Positions 36,741-50,869 of a stretch of 64,000 nt of DNA are shown piece by piece (position 1 is the first letter of the stretch; each line of letters starts with the position of its first letter). The DNA comes from Octopus bimaculoides. Taxonomy: Eukaryota. Made by a program: the position numbers and the translations under genes. Below the pieces are notes generated by a model, which saw only the letters and a list, made by a program, of their open reading frames with translations, had not been told where the DNA came from and did not search any database. The DNA is taken from assembly GCF_001194135.2 (NCBI RefSeq), contig NC_068993.1, forward strand, positions 22,113,798 to 22,177,797. Direction: 5' to 3'.

Positions 36741-39726
36741 TCAGGATACTTATTTTAATTTGTTTTTCTATCACCACTATAAGTATTGCTGTTTCAAAAC
36801 TTCGAAACTGCACTTCTCATCTACTAGAATGGACACATTACTCATGCCATCATCTGTACCTTGCCTCTGTCTCCAAGCTCCACAGTAAACCTATGCCATA
36901 TGTCTATTCTTGAACTGTTCTAACTTTTCAAATTATAGATGGTTTGCTGATATCACTTTACTAAGAAATGTACAAAGATCTTTACACGTAACTTGTAGAG
37001 AAAACTTGAAAATACTCACAAATTCTTCTGTGAAAGTTAACAATAAAATCATGCATTATTTGTAACAGTTTTCAATAAAAATTTTTGTGTAGAATACAAA
37101 ATAATCGGTTTCTATTGCCTGTCTCTCTGGCATCATTTTCTATGACACGAATATCAACGCACTAAAGGTGGAACAAAACTTTAAAAGCAACTAAATTTCA
37201 CTCTACTGGTCTTAGAATGAAAGCAATCTGTTAAATCAATACAAAAATCCAGTACAAATCTGATGTTGCTTCTGAGGGGATTGTTTAACATATACAAAGT
37301 TTTGTCGTGCTTCTATAAAGGTACGGTATTAAGAAAATTTAAAACATTTGCTATTTGAACTGATGTTTTCCTAGATTTTTAAAAAATATCTTCTGTCATT
37401 GATGAATGTGTTATTCGGGTTTTCTTCGAATTTTGCATGAAAGAAGACTTAAACGAAATTAAAAACGACCACCGATTGTGCAAAGTTTTCAAATCCTGAT
37501 TCAAATACATCTATAAAGTTCGATGTAATTTATTTTGATGTTCACATATCCTGTGGGTAATTGATTATTTTAATTATAAAATTCTTTATCGGTTCAATCC
37601 ATAACACTGATTTTAGTATTCCTATATCTCAAAAGCATTAATCAGCGCAATGAACAGAAAACAATTGATTTTAGGCTTTGTATAAAACGAATAATTATTT
37701 TTACAATTGATTGTTTCGTCATTGAAATTGGACGATATTTTACAGAGTCTGGGAAAAGAGAAATGATAAGGTATAATATTGTTAAGATTAAACGTAAGAT
37801 TAAAAGATAAATGGATAAAAAATAAGTACGAGAACAGGTTTAATAAACTATCGAAATCAACAAAGAAACAGTCTAAATAATAGAAATTTCTCTCTACGAT
37901 GGAGAAAGAAATGCTGGAGTACAATGCAATTATAAATAGTTATATAGACTTTGTAAATATTTTGTGTGTGAGCGTAGCATATTTATATCTCTATAGAAGT
38001 GATGGATACTAAAGTACTACAGATATAGTTAAGACCTTAAATAATTGAACATATCTGTTATTCAACCAGTCTTGTCTTATTTTGCAATAACGCCGACAGC
38101 CATGATGCAAGACCTTCTTAGTAGCATTATGCTAAGCGCAACAATTTGATTTTCAGCCTTTTATCCATGAGTCTCTTATGCACTAATCTTAGCAATTCCT
38201 GTTATGGAAAAGTTGTTAACTTTTTTCCAGGTTATTAATGAGTTTTATCGTAAGTCTACCAAATGTCCACATACCTCATTTATGCCTTGAAGTTGCTTTT
38301 CAGACTAGTTAACATCTTACAACTGTAATCCTTTACTTACCTACTATACATTTTTCATCATGAGAACCGTTTGTAATTGTATAAAATACTCTCTTCTCGG
38401 TGGATACTCGTATAAACATTAATTCAGTTTTATGTAACCCTTACACAGCAATCAGCTTACAAATAATGCCAAATCCAGAATACACAAATAACAATTAGAA
38501 AATGGTGGAGAATAAGGATTAAATTATAAAAAAAAGATGGCGTTAAGTAGATTAAAGTTGGCATTAAAAGGGTGCATAAAATACCAAAAATGTATAAAAC
38601 ATAGAGAATATTCAATGTAATGTTGTCTGTTTAATTCATCAAATACATTATTTTTGATTAAATGGGAAAGAGAAATAATATACAAATAAATTAACATAAA
38701 TTTAAAATATTGAATGAACCTCTTAGAAAATATATTAATATAATTTAGAATAAAATAGATGAAGTGACTCCATTCGTCTTTTAGAGACCAGTTACGATTA
38801 AGTCAGTCCTACTAGATAGTCCACTCAAGTTTGAAGAATGAAAATATAGCCCTGCTTCTGAAGTAAAATATAATTTTACTGCTTTTAGCCATTTCTAAAT
38901 CTGTAATTAAAATATATTGCATATTTGTTAAGTGCTTTGTCATATACTGAATCTTAAACACTGATCTATTTAAAAACAATTTATAAACTATAGCTCAGCA
39001 TTTAGAACAACAAAATTGGTCCAAATGCCTCAAGATCAAGTTAATTCAATCCGGGTGTGGAAACAAAATTACCTGAACAGCAGACCACGATAAAATTACT
39101 AATTGCATTTTGTATCCGTTACACACGAGCACAGGTGTTCTACAGGATGTATTATAGGTCCAGTAACGTATTCCATCTGCACGTACGTTTACGTTACCAT
39201 CAACGACAACATTTATAGTTAGCTTACAACAAAGCTGCTGTCGGCCTGGTATCCGAAAAATTCATTTACGCAAGTAAGATTCAGGGATTGATTTTCTTGG
39301 CGAAAATATTGGCCAAGTGCCAATGACATAGCTTCTATACGATCACTGTAAACTGCTATAAAAAGCAGTGATATCTTCCTCAAATCAAGCCAATAATATG
39401 ATGGACACGTTGGATAATGTAATCTTAGAAATTCTACGAAGAGAAAAGTAGTGTCTAAGATTCCTTTGATCATATGTTTGATAGATGAAAGGTTATACAA
39501 TTGCTAAATATAACCAAACAGCAAAAACAATGACCGAAGCTCCGATAAAAACTAACGGGGTCAAGTTTTTACTTCACAAAACAGAGATGAAAATATGATC
39601 TCATTTTTTAAAAAAATTATGATTTGGAAATATCGCTACCTGCTTGATAATGTAAAAATGATCAACAATAATACGAATGATAATAAAAATGATAATGTAA
39701 ATACTAATAATCTAACAACAACAACA

Positions 39727-39924
39727 AAAGGCACAAGGCCTGAAATTTAGGGGCTGTAAGTCGATGACATCGACCCTAGTGTTTCACTGGCACTTGATTT
39801 GTTGAACCCGAAAGGATGAAAGGCAAAGTTTATCTCGGCAGAATTTGAAATCAGAGCGTAAAGGCCGACGAAATGCCGCTAAGCATTTTCCCCGGCGCAC
39901 TAACGATTCTGCCAGCTCACCGCC

Positions 39925-39926
<2 letters not shown>
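39727..39926 (-). mobile_element. SINE family A
   Basis: Full consensus, head abutting (TAA)n 39927-40136. Confidence 0.9.
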
Positions 39927-39994
<68 letters not shown>

Positions 39995-39998
39995 TAAC

Positions 39999-40066
<68 letters not shown>

Positions 40067-40077
40067 TGATGATGATG

Positions 40078-40136
<59 letters not shown>

Positions 40137-40137
<1 letters not shown>

Positions 40138-41720
40138 GAGTGACATCTGGAGCAAAGACAGGCAGCACAAGAAAGATGCTGAATGGTTGCAAGAACTGAA
40201 ACAAACAGTAGTCTGTCCAAAACAAGCAGAACTAGTCATTTCAGTTAGGGAAGTGAAGGAAATCAACAAAAAATGGGTAATTGGAAGGCCCTGGGACCAG
40301 ATGGAGTTCAAGGCTACTGGATCAAAAGATTTGGTGAATGTCAAATCACGAATAGCTGCACAACTCAACACCTTGTTAAGTGCCGACTAAGTAATACCAG
40401 AGTGGGTGACAATGGGTAACACAATGCTGTGCCAGAAAAACATCGAAAAAAGCAACACGGTAGACAATTACAGGCCGACATCCTGTTTGACATTTACGTG
40501 GAAATTATTAACAGGAATAGTCGCAGAGTCAATGTATGGACATCTGGAAAAAAATGGAGTCCTGCTACATGAGCAGAAGGGTTGGAAACGTAAGTACCGA
40601 GGATCAACTCCTGGTAAACAAAACTGTATTTAGACACTGGAAGAGAATGAAAAGTAACTTAGCCATGTCATGGATCGATCTTGGATTATGGAATGTATGA
40701 ACCTATTTGGTATTGCATCGAATGGTGAGCGATTGCTTGGAAAGAGTATGGCGAATTGGAGGATGGGCCTAATAGCATACGGCAGAAGTTAATGGACAGT
40801 AGAAATCAGGAAGGGTATCTTCTAAGGGATTCAGTAAGATTCAGGGATTAATTTTCTTGGCGAAAATATTTGCTAAGTGTCAACAACATAACCTCTATAC
40901 ATTCACTTTGAACTGCTATAAAAAACAGTGATATCTTCCTCAAATCAAGCCATAATATGATGTCCCCACTGATCTTTGTTCTGTTCTCGATACCACTAAC
41001 ACTGATACTGAGGAAAGTAAAACTGGGTATGTATTCAAAATCCGCCAACAAATAGTCAACCATTTGTTATTCATGGATGTTCTCAAACTTTATGGTAAAG
41101 ATGGAGCCCAAGTCAGTTCCTTCGTTGATACGGTGTATACTTTCAGTGCTGATATCAGAATGGTGTTCGGACTGAAAAAGTGTGGTGTGTTAATCTTGAA
41201 GGGAAGCAAAATGTATGGACGGGCTAGCGATACTGTCGGGGGAGGCTATGAAGCAGGTAGAAGAAATGGGCTATAAGTATTTGGGGATATTGGAAATGGA
41301 TAAATTGATAGAGTAAGAAATGACAGAAAAATTAAAGTTGGAGTACTTGCGCAGACTGAGATTGATCCTTAAGTCGAAATTAAATGGACGGAGTAAGATC
41401 GAAGCTATCAACACCTGGGCAGTTTCACTCCTTAGATATGGAGCAGCAGTACTTGCATGGACAGTAGACGAACTAAACAGCTTAGACAGAATGTCAAGGA
41501 AGTTACTAACTAGATATGGGTCACTAAACCCCAAAATTGACACAGACAGACTGTATGTACCAAGAAAAAGAGAGGGGGGAGATGACTTATTGGATGCGAA
41601 CACAGCATTAGAGCAGAGGCAATAACATAGCATGGTGTGTAAAAAATGCCACAGAACCGCTATTATTAGAAGTAAGAAGGTCAGGCTTGTGTAAGATAAA
41701 AGATTGCAAAGATTAAGAAT
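40137..41720 (+). mobile_element. R4/Dong-type LINE, 5'-truncated RT domain (degenerate)
   Basis: WSDIWSK..KDAEWL..NWKA-GPDGVQGYWIK..NYRPTSCLTFTWKLLTG..RKGIF*GDS[insertion]SPLIFVL..LFMDVLKLYGK..FGLKKC..EYLRRLRLILKSKLNGRSKIEAINTWAVSLLRY..TDRLYVPRKREGG; starts immediately after (TAA)n. Confidence 0.92.
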
Positions 41721-42229
41721 ACCCTGATGCAGAACCAGACTGTGGCTCACATGGCTTCTGATCTTAACTGATTGGAAGTGATATCATGTACAACTTTTTG
41801 TCTTTGTATAAAAGATGTACTACAGCATTTACTGCTCAACTACTACTGCTCAATGCTACAGATTTGCGTTCAATTTCTGTTGTTTGACCTTAACCAGTTC
41901 AACATATCTCTTCGTGGTTGATCTCAAGCAGACGTAGTGATGGAACATCATAGCCATGTGTTTAGATGAATTCTTTGGGGTTTGGATAATTTACCTTTGT
42001 TATTCATGGATGATCTCAAACTTTATGGTAAAGATGGAGCCCAAGTCAGTTCCTTCGTTTAGTTACAATTTTCTTCATGTCGAGTAGCCCATCCCACACA
42101 AAAGGTCTCTGAATAAGGGCTGTTTAAGGATGATGAACGAAACACCCATGTTGCTTAGTTGAATATTTAACTAACTGACTAATAATAAAGAAAGTAAGTG
42201 GATTGAACCATTCATATCCATGAATAACA

Positions 42230-42505
42230 AAGTGGTAATTCAAAAGACAATGCCCATGGGAACTGCCCATATCCGGCGTAGAATACTGTCTATGTAATCT
42301 CAAAATTTAAAACAAACTCATAATTTTCTTGTTTTCTTAAACATTCTCTAGAACAATACTATGTACAAAACCAAATATATGACTCCCTAAGCAAATCACC
42401 AACATTAACTTCTAGCTTGTTGTCTCTTGAGGTGTCTAGATGAGACTTGGAGCCAACTTGTACAAATACGAAACAAACGTCAAACAAATAATAATAATAA
42501 TAATA
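42230..42505 (+). mobile_element. R4/Dong-type LINE 3' end, 3' UTR and (TAA)n tail
   Basis: IQKTMPMGTAHIRRRILSM* then UTR ending aaacgtcaaacaaataataataat. Confidence 0.75.
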
Positions 42506-43583
42506 ATGATGATGATGATGATGATTTAATAACAATGATAATAATCAGTAAATAAGAAATAGTTATGTTGTGTTTCGGGGCAGTCATTATACACACTGGT
42601 TCAATCCACTTCCTTTCTTTAAGCAATTCAACTAAGTAATTTGTTTTGCTATTGTTTGTCAAAGCTCTTTCGTTGCAACTTGAAAAGGTTGCAAGTAGCA
42701 ACGAAAGAAATTTCACGATTAAATGCAAAACAAATTAGTTAGTTGGATATTTAACCAATTGACTAATAATAAAGAAAAGAAGTGGAATTGAACCAGTGTG
42801 TGTGTTAATTATAATGGCATAATAACTCTCCCTAGACGTGACAGAATGTGTTTAAGAAAAAGTAAAAAAATAAAGGGGAATTACTAGGAATTAAATCTGA
42901 AAACAACAAATCCCATAAATAAAATATTTAAAACGAAAAAGAAAAAGTGGGAAAAAAGAAAACAAAACACCCCTTAATCACAAATACATAAAATACTCAC
43001 ATCCAATGAATTTCAAGAACGGGGAAAATTAGAAACTTTATTAAAAGCAATAGATTCCATTGCCGTAAGAGAACTGATCAAAGTATCACAAAAAAAAAAA
43101 AATTACTTCATATGTTAAAGTGACATATAGAAATATTAATACTTAAAAAGAAATGAAATGAAAAAAGTGAAATTTGTTGAATGAAAAACTGAATAAACAT
43201 GAAAAGAGATTTATCGCAATATATGAAAACTAACCAATGAGCTGACGTTCCTTAGATGCAGCAAAATATTGTATCTATTGCAATCTCAATATGAGTAAGT
43301 TGATAGATATATGATGAAATTCTGACAATGCTTTTAAGAAATATAACAGAAGTTAATGATACCGCACCTATGCATTATAAATCGTTAACATGACACTTCT
43401 ATATTATCGTTTTCAGTTCCAACACACGATATTAGACGGAGTCACCTGTCAAGCATTGCAATTCACATGTATGTATAATGCCTGGTAGAAAAGCATTCTG
43501 CAATTCAACTGGTTTTGACAAACGTTCTATCCACAAATTTTCGTAATGTAATATTAATGAATTTGCATATAAAGATATTCATA

Positions 43584-44845
43584 TGAGGTGGTATCAAAGC
43601 GTTCCCGACTAATTATGTTCAATAAAAATATCTTATTCACTTTAGTTTTAACATCATCTTATAAATAGTCATGTTGTGCAGTGATGCACTGTTCCTAGCA
43701 TTCCTGCCAGTTTGGGAATCCGGCTTGGAAGTCGTTTTCTGTAAGCGAGTCGAGGACCTTGCTATTCACTCTTGATCTTAACAACGGTGTTAAAACGGTG
43801 ACCGTTCAGCTGCATTTTCATTTTGGAGGTCCGCAAGTGCTAAATCTGGCGAATAGGGCAGGTACGGACTCAATGCCATCTTGATTTTGTTGAGAAACTC
43901 ACGAGTAAGGAGAGTTCGGTGACTGGTTGCATTCTGGTCGTGAAGAATCCAATTCTTCGCATTCTACAGATCCGGTCGCTTTCGTTGAATGTCCTCCCTC
44001 AAACGCTTCAAAACATCGATTGACGGTCTGACCCTGGGGGACGAAATCTCGATGCACAATATCGCAGATGCCGTAAAAAGCGATAAGTATGCTCTTGATT
44101 GAGCTACGGCTCTGTCGTGCCTTCTTCGCTCGTAGAAATGAAGGGTTTTTTTCATTGTGACGACTGCTGCTTCGTCTCAGTGTCGTACCCTTAGACTCAA
44201 CTCTGGTCACCGGTGATGATCCTCGACATGAATGATGATCCTTGACATGAATGATGATCATCAGCAGTATGCTGTCGGATATCTTGACAGACTTCGTAGC
44301 GATGTTTTTTCTGCTCAGTAGTCAGCAGGTGGGGAACAAACTTCACAGTGACATGCCGCACGTTCATTTTTGACATTAGGATTGTCTGTACGGGCCCAAC
44401 AACAACAGCAATGTCGTTGATTGTCCTCCGACAGTTTTCATGCACAAGCTGATGAATTTTCTTTCAGATCTCTCGTCGTCTTCCAGGGAGGTTCTTTCGC
44501 TTTTATAGCACCAGTGCCATCCGAAACATTGCGTACGGCACATTGCCTCATTTCCGCAAACTTGTTGAAGCATGCTTAATATCTTTCTAGAAGACTTTCC
44601 AAGTTTAACGCAACATTTCACGTTGGCTCTTTGGTCCAGCTCCCTGTCCATGATAAAATCGGAGACTGCAGCATTCACGTGATCGCAAAAACACAAATTT
44701 CACAACTTACAAAGTAACCACAGCGATGTCACTCGGCACACCGCCTCATGAAGGTTACTGTTGGCTCTCACTGCACACTCAAGAGTGTGCTGTTGTCTGT
44801 TAGCGTTCAACAGAACTAACCCGTGAACTTTCTGATAACACCTTG
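43584..44845 (-). mobile_element. Full-length decayed mariner (DD34D-type) transposon
   Basis: TIRs TA|tgaggtggtatcaaagcgttccc and gtgaactttctgataacaccttg|TA; transposase MDRELDQRANVKCCVKLGKS..SLEDDERS..KFVPHLLTTEQK..RIITGDQS..GICDIVHRDFVPQGQTVN; ~20 bp tandem duplication at ~44215-44250. Confidence 0.92.
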
Positions 44846-45913
44846 TATTAAATAATTTCTGTATTGTCGAAATACTAAACTTTTTAAACAGTAGTTAAAT
44901 GAAACTTATGTAATACATATATGTGGTAGCCTTATTGTTGAACTTTCCACTGTAGTTTACCTTTAATTTTGTTCACAAACTCTGGGAAAGTAAACTGTGG
45001 ATAATCTGTAGTGCTCGACAATGAGAAAGTTGTTTGACTAAAATGGGAAATTGACGTGTTAGTGGATGAGAATTGCTCATACAAAGAGAAAAAGGGAGAT
45101 AGAAAGAAAGAAGATCGATTTAATACGAATACTTCTTTATTGATCCTGAGAATACGAAGAGTAGAGTTGATCTTGGAACGGCTTGAACTCATTGCACAGA
45201 GAGTTGGAACGAATATCTTAAGGCAATCTATCCAACCCTGTAACCACTCTGCCAATTCAATGCCTTCTAAAAAGCTTTAATTTAGTTTTGACAGCTGCTG
45301 AGAAAGAAATACAAGGATAGTGCTATGTTCACAGAGCAAAAATATCTTTTTCATCTTTAACAATGAAAACTTAGAGCATTTTTAGTTTGATTGGATTATT
45401 ATATTGTTTCCACTTAATTTTACATCTATTTTCACTTATAAAACTATGACATGTATTCTGTTCTATTCTTTGCATTCTTGATTTATTTTTATTTTGTGAG
45501 TTAGAGTGGCACGAATTGTACAAGTAGTTGGGGCAAGTAAGCAAGTCTTGATTGTTTAGTGTTTCAGGCTACTTTATTCAAATTATGCTAGCATGTGATA
45601 TTGATTTTTTTTCACTGTTTAGGTTTTTAAATAGGATTCTGACATGACTTCCTTGAGAAGTGCAGTTGTATCATCAGCGCAATGGAATATGAATAAATTT
45701 ATGCATAGCATTTATATGGATCAGAAATTAACATTTTTCGACAACTGACTTTTCCAGAATATGATTAGCAATACTAGTTCGTAGTTTTTACTGTCTACTG
45801 GTGATGTTTGGTGTTCAATATTAAACTCATTGCAAGCAGATCATCTGCCACTGAATGCACACTTCCATTGCCCATTTAAACGGGGACATGATTTGGAATT
45901 CATAATTTTCAAG

Positions 45914-45972
<59 letters not shown>

Positions 45973-46017
45973 GCTAGCTAGCTATATATATATATATATA
46001 TATCGTAATATATAATG

Positions 46018-46233
46018 ACAAGGGGGTGCTGAAAAGTTCTTGGCTTTAAAGATATCGCGAAAGACCTGTTGGAGGCTTAACCGTCTGAAGTTCTTTTAAA
46101 GGGTTTAGAAATACTGACGGACCACTTTAATAAGTGTATCAATCTCAGAGGGAAATATGTTGAATAAAATCATAATCAACTAATCCTCCTGTATTTTGTT
46201 TCATCCAAAGTAAGGAAATTTTCAGTACCTCCA
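46018..46233 (+). mobile_element. Mariner-derived MITE
   Basis: TIRs caagggggtgctgaaaagttcttggcttt / aaagtaaggaaattttcagtacctcc; internal FFKGLEILTDHFNKCINLRGKYVE*-like transposase C-terminus. Confidence 0.75.
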
Positions 46234-46413
46234 AATATGTAAATATATATATATATANNNNNNNNNNNNNNNNNNNNNNNNNNNNNNNNNNNNNNNNNNN
46301 NNNNNNNNNNNNNNNNNNNNNNNNNNNNNNNNNNNNNNNNNNNNNNNNNNNNNNNNNNNNNTATATATATTCCAAATTAATAGAAAAGTCATTTTATTAT
46401 ACTTGAAAAAGGG

Positions 46414-46627
46414 AAAGGCAGCGAACTGGTAGAAGCGTTAGCACTCTGGACGAAATGCTTAGCGGTATTTCGCTTGTAGCTGCGTTCTGAGTTCAAATTA
46501 CGCCGAGATCGACTTTGCCTTTCATCCCTTCGAGATCGATAAATTAAGTAGCAGTTGAGTACTGAGGTCGATGTAATTCGACTTTCACCCTCCTCCAAAT
46601 TTCAGGTCTTGTGCTTATAATAGAAAG
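46414..46627 (+). mobile_element. SINE family A
   Basis: aaaggcagcgaactggtagaagcgttagcac..gagttcaaattacgccgagatcgactttgcctttcatcccttcgagatcgataaattaagta. Confidence 0.9.
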
Positions 46628-47904
46628 CATTGTAGTTAGAAAAGAGAAAAGCTCATAGATTTATTAAACCTGTCAGTAAAAAGACCTAACTTGAACTCTA
46701 ATTTGTACTTTATTAAAATGTTATTTCATTGTGCTTATGTAGAAGCATTAGGATTTGTACAAGCGCTTTCAATGTGGGTATCATTTTGTAGCTGTTGGCA
46801 TTGTATAGACGTGATTTTCACAATGCAAATAATCAGTCTTATGACATTAATAAGCAATGTTTATCATTACAAAATGCACCGTTAAATTATAGATATCTAA
46901 AAAAAAGCTGATGCATTAAGCTAACTCTTTGAATATCAATGATGAAGCGAATTTCGTTTATCTTTTATTAATGTATAGATTGCTTAACTTAATCTATACA
47001 TTTTTTTTAATATCTGAAACTTACGCAAAGAAATCATATGATAACAGATTTAAAACCCCCAATGCAGCAATGGCGAAAACTAGGTTTAACAACTATCACA
47101 AAATTATTAACAACAGCTGATGTAGCAACAGTAAAAACAATGCAAAAAACATGAGCATTACTTTTTTATAATAAGAAATCATTTCAGTGCAAGAACAACA
47201 AATGCAATATATCATGAGTAGCGATGTATACTGCTTGGTTCACAGCAACAATAAGGAAACCGAAACAATAATAAGAAAACAGAGGTGAGTGACTAAATCA
47301 GTAAAGCATTAACTAAAATGTGAACAGATTGTTACTTTTTTGAGTGACACCCGACTTGGATCGCGGTTATTTTTTTTCCATTATTCTAAGGTCAATAATA
47401 TAAGTACCAAGGAAGAAATGAAGTTCTAAAATACAAATATTCTAAAACGTTCTAAAATATCCAATAAGATTCTAGGAATTATAACGTCGTCAAGCGTGAT
47501 TTCTGTCAGGCTTCAATCCACTCGGAAGAACATAATTTTTCCCTTTATCATTTTGATCGAGATAACAAAGAGAACCAGTTAAGTACTGGAGCTGACTTAA
47601 TTGATTTACCACCCCAACCCCGCAATAAATTTTGTCGCCTGAGGCTAAAGAGTCAGATCTTTTCGTATTAGTTTGTAGCAATAATTGCAGTTGCAGCTAC
47701 TTTATTCTCCTATCACAATTAAAACCAACAATAATATCAAGACAAGAGAATTCGCCCGACAAACCCTGATGTATTTAAAACAAAAAATAATAATAATAAT
47801 TTGGTCCTAGATGTAAAAGAAAATGGGGCTGTCAATGTTGGGACGTATTTGATAAGTGTACTCATGCAGAATTGAGCTGTGGTTAAATAACGACTCTAAT
47901 GATG

Positions 47905-48022
47905 GTTTCGAATGTTGGGCACAAGGCCAGTAATTTCAGGGCAGCGAGTGAGTCAATTACATCGGCTCCAGGGCTTAACTAGTTTTTATTTTATCGGGCC
48001 CAGAAGGCAAAGTTGACCTCGA
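47905..48022 (-). mobile_element. SINE family A, 3' fragment
   Basis: ggcacaaggccagtaatttc..gtcaattacatcggctccag..tttatcgggcccagaaggcaaagttgacctcg. Confidence 0.65.
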
Positions 48023-48279
48023 CGGTATAAAAACGATTGTAATGATGGAACAAGTAAAGTCTACATAGTCACTAGACCTACTAGTAATAGCTCTGTAATC
48101 TCACTAAAGTCAAGCCTGCTATTTTCAAAAAGAAAGACCTAAATATATCGAGGGAAAAGATGGAGTGGTTACGACTAGAAAATATTTGATCGTAAGACTA
48201 CTTGATGGGATCTCCTCTAGGGTTACATAACGATCAGACTAACAATGAAAATAATAACAAAAAACAGAAAGTGAGGAAG

Positions 48280-48354
<75 letters not shown>

Positions 48355-49594
48355 ATTTATATCATCATTCGAATCTCTGTAACATAGCACCCAAATCTAA
48401 TATTAGAATGCCTACCATCATGAAATAGGGACCATATAGTTTTAAGTTTAAAATAATATAACAAAGCTAGCTACTTTGAAATTGAACGGTAGCAGCCTGA
48501 TTTTAGACTACATATCTCATCTATCAACGGTGACTGGCTGAAGTTACTAAAGAAAGATAACGAAGCAACAACAACAGTAATACAATGCCACTGCTATAAA
48601 TAACTCGTAGAACCAACTCAATAGAGAATATTCTACCATCCATACAAACAAAACCACAACAACGTTTTTACATCCCACATCCACTAAATTGGGAAAAATA
48701 AAAAGCCGCCAGAATCACGCATTTGTCTAGCAAACATGGCCACTGAAATTAGTCATAGTGATTGTAAATTAATCAATTAACTATACAGGACGTAAACAGT
48801 TAAATACAACAAGCAGCGAGCGAAGCTTACTAGCGTGATTTTTGTCAGATTTACTCTAATCCATCAGAAACATCCCTGATATAAAATATATATAAGAATA
48901 AAGATGAAAACTGTCTGTGTTCATATTTACATACATATATTAGTGACTAGGATTTTAGTCAAATGTATTTCAGCTGCACATATGCTTATGTATGTATGTA
49001 TGTATGTATGTATGTATGTATGTATGTATGTATGTATGTATGTATCGTACGTATCCATATATATACATACGTACGTATGTATGTATACTAATGGAGATGT
49101 ACTTATATATGTCCTATATATTATATGCATGCGCTTGTACATATATACATACACACACACACACACTCACACACACACAAACATGTGTGTGTGTGTGCGT
49201 GTGCGTGTGCGTGTGTTTAGAATGTATCGAGGAGCACCGCATACGTACGTATTTATGTAGGCGTGTGTGTCATTCTCATATCTTCTTTTTCTGTATTTCT
49301 GCTGCTTTATGCACATCTCCTTATAGTATATATTCTTAAAGTTCTGAGTCATAAATAAATTACTTACGCGCTTCCACACGCACACACACATCAACGGCAC
49401 ACACGTACACACAAAATTACGATTGAATATTTAAATTAATACTTACTCAGAACTGCGTATATGTGTCTGTATGTATATGTGCTACTATGTGGCTGCTTCT
49501 GTGTACATACATTTAATTATAATATGCATACATATATACATACATGTATGCATGTATGTTAGTATGTGTGTATATATGTATGTATGTATGCATG

Positions 49595-49672
<78 letters not shown>

Positions 49673-50421
49673 TACAGATGGAGTGGCAGGGAGAATGTGG
49701 ATAGAATCTCCAAGAAGTAAAGCAATAAGAACGATTGGAATGTAATCTTATTAATCAAAGAGATTAGAAGACTAAAAAGAAATGCAAACATAGAGGATTT
49801 TGCATTATCAAAACCGTTAAAGGACTGACGACGGCTGAAGAGCTCTTCCATTGTTACAGAAATATATCTCATTGAATATCTTTACTTCTGATTCATTCTG
49901 CCTGTCCAGTGTCTAGTAATAAGTTTTACAAATTTAGACTGATATGCATTCACAATATTGTTGAATGTAGATATCATATGAATGTGTGAGTGTGTGCGTA
50001 TGTGTGTCTGTATGTATGCACGTATATATTCATATGTGTATGAATGTATATGTATATATGTGTGTATGTATGTTTATATATACATACACACACACACACA
50101 TATATATATACATATATATATATATGAATATATATGTGTTTGTGTGTGTGTGTCTGCGTGTGTATTTATATATACTTATATATATATCACACACGATATA
50201 GGGGGATGAGTGTTGTAGTAGACAAGTTCGATTCTATTGTGTTCCACCTTGGGCGAGTGTTATCTTCTACACCCTCAGTTCGACCCATAATTATGAAAGC
50301 CTGTCCAACAGATTCTACTTGTAACGAAATAAAGGAGGGGTACCCGCTTGAGTATCACTTAAAGGATGTCTATGTCTATGGACTCTTTAGCCACTGACAG
50401 TGTAATTATTCAACATGTGTC

Positions 50422-50496
<75 letters not shown>

Positions 50497-50603
50497 CTTT
50501 GTGTCTGTGTCTGTGTTTGTGTACGTGCGAGTATGTTATGTGCCATATGTATGTATATTTGCATGTTTCTCGTTTTCGTAGTAGGTAGAAATGTTATTAC
50601 GCG

Positions 50604-50833
50604 AAGGCGAGCTGGCAGAAACGTTAGCACGCCGGGCGAAATACTTAGCGGTATTTCGTCTGCCGCAACGTTCTGAGTTCAAATTGCACCGAGGTCGACT
50701 TTGCCTTTTATCCTTTCGGGGTCGATAAATTAAGTACTAGTTACGCACTGGGGTCGATGTAATCGACTTAATTTCTTTGTCTGTCCTTGTTTGTCCCCTC
50801 TATGTTTAGCGCCTTGTGGGCATTAAAGAAATA
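50604..50833 (+). mobile_element. SINE family A, young subfamily with alternative tail
   Basis: Near-intact consensus; tail ctttgtctgtccttgtttgtcccctctatgtttagc..gtgggcattaaagaaataa. Confidence 0.95.
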
Positions 50834-50869
50834 AAAAATGTTATTATGAGATCCTGTGACAGATTAAAT

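Noticed and set aside
17143-39926. All SINE A copies in this span are on minus, while most beyond 46 kb are on plus
   Set aside because: Tandem copies are not independent, leaving too few events to infer an inversion or a transcription bias.
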